Source: an uncultured Weeksellaceae bacterium
Lineage (GTDB): Bacteria > Bacteroidota > Bacteroidia > Flavobacteriales > Weeksellaceae
Assembly (NCBI GenBank): GCA_963530025.1
Contig: CAUSBY010000020.1
Location: 2,765-66,764, forward strand
Length of the DNA: 64,000 nucleotides
Reading direction: 5' to 3'
Part shown: positions 60,515 through 64,000 of the stretch, in pieces
Layout: every line of letters starts with the position of its first letter
Numbering within the stretch: position 1 is the stretch's first letter
The notes under the pieces: generated by a model
What the model was told of the DNA's origin: nothing
The model's database searches: none
What the model saw: the letters and a program-made list of their open reading frames with translations, nothing else
Translations under genes and position numbers: made by a program

Positions 60515-61375
60515 ATGATTGCCATTGTTGACGGCGGTTCTACCAAATGCGATTGGGTTATTCTGGAAAATGACGGTACAGAAGTTTTGAAAACCGAAAC
60601 CGTTGGATTCAATCCGAATATCATAAAACCAGAACTGATTACAATTGAAATAGAAAAAAATCAAGCACTTACCAAATTCAAAGACTATCTGGAAAACATC
60701 TTTTTCTACGGTTCGGGTTGCGGAACTCCCGAAAATAAACTGATTGTAGAAAGAGAAATTCAGAAAGTTTTCAACACAGCACAGATTCGAGTAAAAGAAG
60801 ACCTTTTGGCAGCGGCTTATGCGGCATACAGAGGTGTTCCTGCTATTGTCTGCATTCTCGGGACAGGTTCCAATGCCTGCTATTTCGATGGCGAAAATGT
60901 CAAAACAGAATTACCTTCTTTAGGATTTCTGATTGGCGACGAAGGAAGTGGGAGCGCATTGGGGAAACAGCTGGTTCGTCATTATTTTATGAAGAAATTA
61001 CCGCCAGATTTGCATCAGCAATTTACTGAGATTTATCAGTTGAACATAGACGATTTGCTCAAAAATATGTATCACAATCCACGGGCGAATGCTTATATGG
61101 CAGATTTTACAAGGTTCATTGTGGACAGAAAAACACATCCTTATTTTCAGAATTTTATTTACAAAGAACTCAAGAGTTTCCTTGAGTTTCAGGTGATGCC
61201 GTACCAAGAATGCCGTGAAAGCGAAATCAATTTTATTGGTTCAATTGCCTATTTTTTTGAGGATTCTTTAAGAGCCGCAGCATCAGATTTTCACTTCAAA
61301 ATCGGAACCGTTGTTCAGCGTCCGATAGAAAGTCTGGTAAATTATCATCGTGACTATATCATTCCAAAGCTTTAA
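60515..61375 (+). CDS. BadF/BadG/BcrA/BcrD-type ATPase (GlcNAc kinase-like)
   Basis: DGGSTKCDW, FYGSGC, ILGTGSN, GDEGSG. Confidence 0.88.
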   Translation: MIAIVDGGSTKCDWVILENDGTEVLKTETVGFNPNIIKPELITIEIEKNQALTKFKDYLENIFFYGSGCGTPENKLIVEREIQKVFNTAQIRVKEDLLAAAYAAYRGVPAIVCILGTGSNACYFDGENVKTELPSLGFLIGDEGSGSALGKQLVRHYFMKKLPPDLHQQFTEIYQLNIDDLLKNMYHNPRANAYMADFTRFIVDRKTHPYFQNFIYKELKSFLEFQVMPYQECRESEINFIGSIAYFFEDSLRAAASDFHFKIGTVVQRPIESLVNYHRDYIIPKL

Positions 61376-61391
61376 CTTTGCAATAATAATT

Positions 61392-61523
61392 GGGGCGTAT
61401 CCCTTTGTTTTTCCAAGCTGAACCAGCCACAAAAACAAGCGGGTCGGTCTGCGGGCAGTCGCTTTTCCAAAAACCTTGCAAGGTTTCTGGAAAGAGCTCC
61501 AACAATGCCCTCCGCCCTTACGC
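61392..61523 (+). ncRNA. Flavo-1-like / family B hybrid structured element
   Basis: ggggcgta..ccc...gggtcggtct...cgcttttcc...ggaaagagctcc...ccttacgc. Confidence 0.5.
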
Positions 61524-61589
61524 AGTTAAAGAATAAAAACCCGTGACTCTATATAATATATATAGATGCACAACAAAAGTAAATCAACA

Positions 61590-63872
61590 ATGTCAAAAAA
61601 TTCAAGAGACCAAAATGCTTTTGATAAAGCCGCTTTAGATTACCACCGTCAAGAACCGAAAGGGAAAATCGAAGTTATACCTTCCAAACCGCACTCATCT
61701 CAGAGAGATTTGTCTTTGGCCTATTCACCAGGTGTTGCTGTACCTTGTATGGCAATCCACGATGACCCGCAAAGCGTTTACGAATACACTTCAAAAGGAA
61801 ATTTGGTTGCTGTAATTTCTAACGGAACGGCTGTTTTAGGATTAGGAGATATCGGTCCGGAAGCTTCGAAGCCAGTAATGGAAGGGAAAGGTCTGCTTTT
61901 CAAGATTTTTGCAGGAATCAATGTTTTTGATATTGAGATTAATGAAAAAGACCCGGACAAATTCATCGAAACTGTAAAAGCAATCGCGCCAACTTTCGGA
62001 GGAATCAATTTGGAAGATATCAAAGCGCCAGAAGCTTTCTATATCGAACAAAGATTGAAAGAGGAATTGGATATTCCATTGATGCACGATGACCAGCACG
62101 GAACAGCAATTATTTCTGCCGCAGCGTTAATCAACGCTTTGGAAATTGCAGGAAAGAAAATCGGGGAAGTGAAGATGGTAATCAATGGAGCAGGAGCAGC
62201 CGCGGTTGCTTGTGCTAAATTATACATCTCATTAGGTCTTAATCCGAAAAATATTTTGATGTGTGACAGCAAAGGTGTCATCAATCATAAAAGAGAAAAT
62301 CTTACGCCTGAGAAATTAGACTTCATTGCTCAAACTGATATCGATACTTTGGAAGATGCTTTGAAAGGTTCTGATGTTTTCATTGGACTTTCCAAAGGAA
62401 ATGTAATGTCTGCAGAGATGCTGCTTTCTATGGGAAGTAATCCAATCGTTTTTGCTTTGGCAAATCCAGACCCGGAAATCAGTTATGACCTTGCATTAGC
62501 AACAAGAGATGATGTGATGATGGCTACAGGAAGAAGTGATTATCCTAATCAGGTAAATAATGTGCTTGGTTTTCCTTATATATTTAGAGGGGCTTTAGAT
62601 GTTCAAGCAAGAGGAATCAACGAGGCTATGAAACTGGCTGCGGTTCACGCTTTGGCGGAAATAGCAAAAGAACCCGTTCCGGAAATGGTAAAGCTGGCAT
62701 ATAACGTCACCAATATGACTTTCGGGAAAGAATATTTCATTCCGAAACCATTTGATAACAGATTGATTACAAAAGTTTCTATCGCTGTTGCAAAAGCAGC
62801 TATGGAAAGTGGAATCGCTGGAAAACCAATTGAAAATTTTGAGGAATACGAGCATCAGCTTCTTGACAGAATGGGGAGAGACGAGAAACTCGTAAGAATG
62901 ATGCAAAACCGTGCAAAAGCAAACCCAAAAAGAGTTACGCTTGGAAACGGAGAAGAGTACAACATTCTGAAGGCTGCCCAAATTTTGCAGGAAGAAGGAA
63001 TTGCTTATCCTAGTTTATTGGGAAGCAAAAGACTCATCAAAGAAAAAATGGAAGAGTATGGAATCACATTAGATATTCCGATTATCGACCCGAATGATGA
63101 TGAACAAAAAGAAACCCGTAAAAAATACCGTAAAACCCTTTGGGAAAAACGCAACAGAAAAGGAATCAACGAATATAAGTCTAAACGTTACGTAAGACAA
63201 CGCGATTATTTTGGACCACTAATGTTGAAACACGGCGATACCGATGCTTTGATTGTTGGTTTCTCAAAAAGTTATGCGTCAATTCTGAAACCTGTTTTGG
63301 AAATCATTGACAGAAAACCAGGCGTAAACAAAGTAGCTGCAATGATGATGATTCTGACAGAAAAGAAACCTCTGTTCTTTGCAGATACTTCCATCAACAA
63401 AAACCCAGCTGCGGAAGATTTGGTAGAAATCGCAAGAATGGCAGAATATACAGTGAAGTCTTTTGCTATTGAACCGAGAGTTGCAATGTTAGGATTTGAG
63501 AATTTCTCGGCAAAGGCTGATACTTCCAAAAAAGTGGCTGCTGCAGTGAAAATTCTTCACGAGAAATATCCAAAAATGGTTGTTGATGGAGAAATTCAGC
63601 CAGATTTTGCATTGAATAGTGACCACTTAGCAGATTACCCTTTCTCAAAGTTAGGAACAAATCCAGCGAATGTTTTGGTTTTCCCAAATCTTGAAAGTGC
63701 AAACTTATCATACAAAATTATTAGAGGAATGAAAGCGGCCCAAACCATCGGACCAATCTTGATGGGGTTAGACCAGCCGGTTCACGTTCTGCAAATGAGG
63801 TCTAGCGTAGATGAAATTGTAAATCTTGCAACGATTGCTGTTTTGGATGCGCAGACGAAAGAGAAAAAGTGA
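61590..63872 (+). CDS. maeB: NADP-dependent malic enzyme with PTA-like domain
   Basis: LSLAYSPGVA, KPVMEGK, HDDQHGTA, GAGAA, GRSDYPNQVNN, C-terminal PTA-like domain. Confidence 0.95.
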   Translation: MSKNSRDQNAFDKAALDYHRQEPKGKIEVIPSKPHSSQRDLSLAYSPGVAVPCMAIHDDPQSVYEYTSKGNLVAVISNGTAVLGLGDIGPEASKPVMEGKGLLFKIFAGINVFDIEINEKDPDKFIETVKAIAPTFGGINLEDIKAPEAFYIEQRLKEELDIPLMHDDQHGTAIISAAALINALEIAGKKIGEVKMVINGAGAAAVACAKLYISLGLNPKNILMCDSKGVINHKRENLTPEKLDFIAQTDIDTLEDALKGSDVFIGLSKGNVMSAEMLLSMGSNPIVFALANPDPEISYDLALATRDDVMMATGRSDYPNQVNNVLGFPYIFRGALDVQARGINEAMKLAAVHALAEIAKEPVPEMVKLAYNVTNMTFGKEYFIPKPFDNRLITKVSIAVAKAAMESGIAGKPIENFEEYEHQLLDRMGRDEKLVRMMQNRAKANPKRVTLGNGEEYNILKAAQILQEEGIAYPSLLGSKRLIKEKMEEYGITLDIPIIDPNDDEQKETRKKYRKTLWEKRNRKGINEYKSKRYVRQRDYFGPLMLKHGDTDALIVGFSKSYASILKPVLEIIDRKPGVNKVAAMMMILTEKKPLFFADTSINKNPAAEDLVEIARMAEYTVKSFAIEPRVAMLGFENFSAKADTSKKVAAAVKILHEKYPKMVVDGEIQPDFALNSDHLADYPFSKLGTNPANVLVFPNLESANLSYKIIRGMKAAQTIGPILMGLDQPVHVLQMRSSVDEIVNLATIAVLDAQTKEKK

Positions 63873-64000
63873 TTTTCCGATTAATGGTTTTCTATAGAAC
63901 CATATTCAAGAATATTAGTAAACAGAAAAAGATGAATTGTTGTGATTCATCTTTTTTTTGTTTATAAGTATGTGACTTTGTTGCATATAGTATAAATTGT

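Noticed and set aside
3309..63711. Numerous antisense or alternate-frame ORFs of 60-170 aa inside housekeeping genes
   Set aside because: Shadow ORFs of well-supported genes, with no motifs.

Overview
AT-rich chromosomal window from a Flavobacteriales bacterium. Gene content, TAnnTTTG promoters and T9SS cargo proteins point to Weeksellaceae (Chryseobacterium/Epilithonimonas-like); this is inference. Most of it is housekeeping: the end of a polysaccharide cluster, sucC, HMG-CoA reductase, hutH, dcp, deoC, dinB, lpxK, yicC-gmk-nadA-folB, dtd, greA, clpX, tRNA-Met and maeB, with small accessory genes in between. No transposase, integrase, prophage or CRISPR array was seen. The most notable observations are: (1) an ORF-free region after tRNA-Met holding a ~270-nt richly base-paired ncRNA candidate and a separate ~85-nt sRNA candidate, whose single-stranded core is complementary to the start-codon region of a nearby T9SS cargo gene; (2) an operon downstream of a Crp/Fnr gene, encoding an outer-membrane barrel, a c-type cytochrome lipoprotein, YceI, an ankyrin protein and a T9SS-secreted DOMON-like heme protein; (3) a ParD/ParE toxin-antitoxin cassette inserted inside the radical SAM/TIGR03915 repair gene pair between 49-bp direct repeats; (4) several dispersed structured repeat families, one with compensatory base changes; (5) a Tet(X)-like flavin monooxygenase with its own AraC regulator; (6) a homopolymer frameshift gene and a small membrane protein ORF missed by the ORF track. 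All family assignments come from motif recognition by eye; no searches were run.
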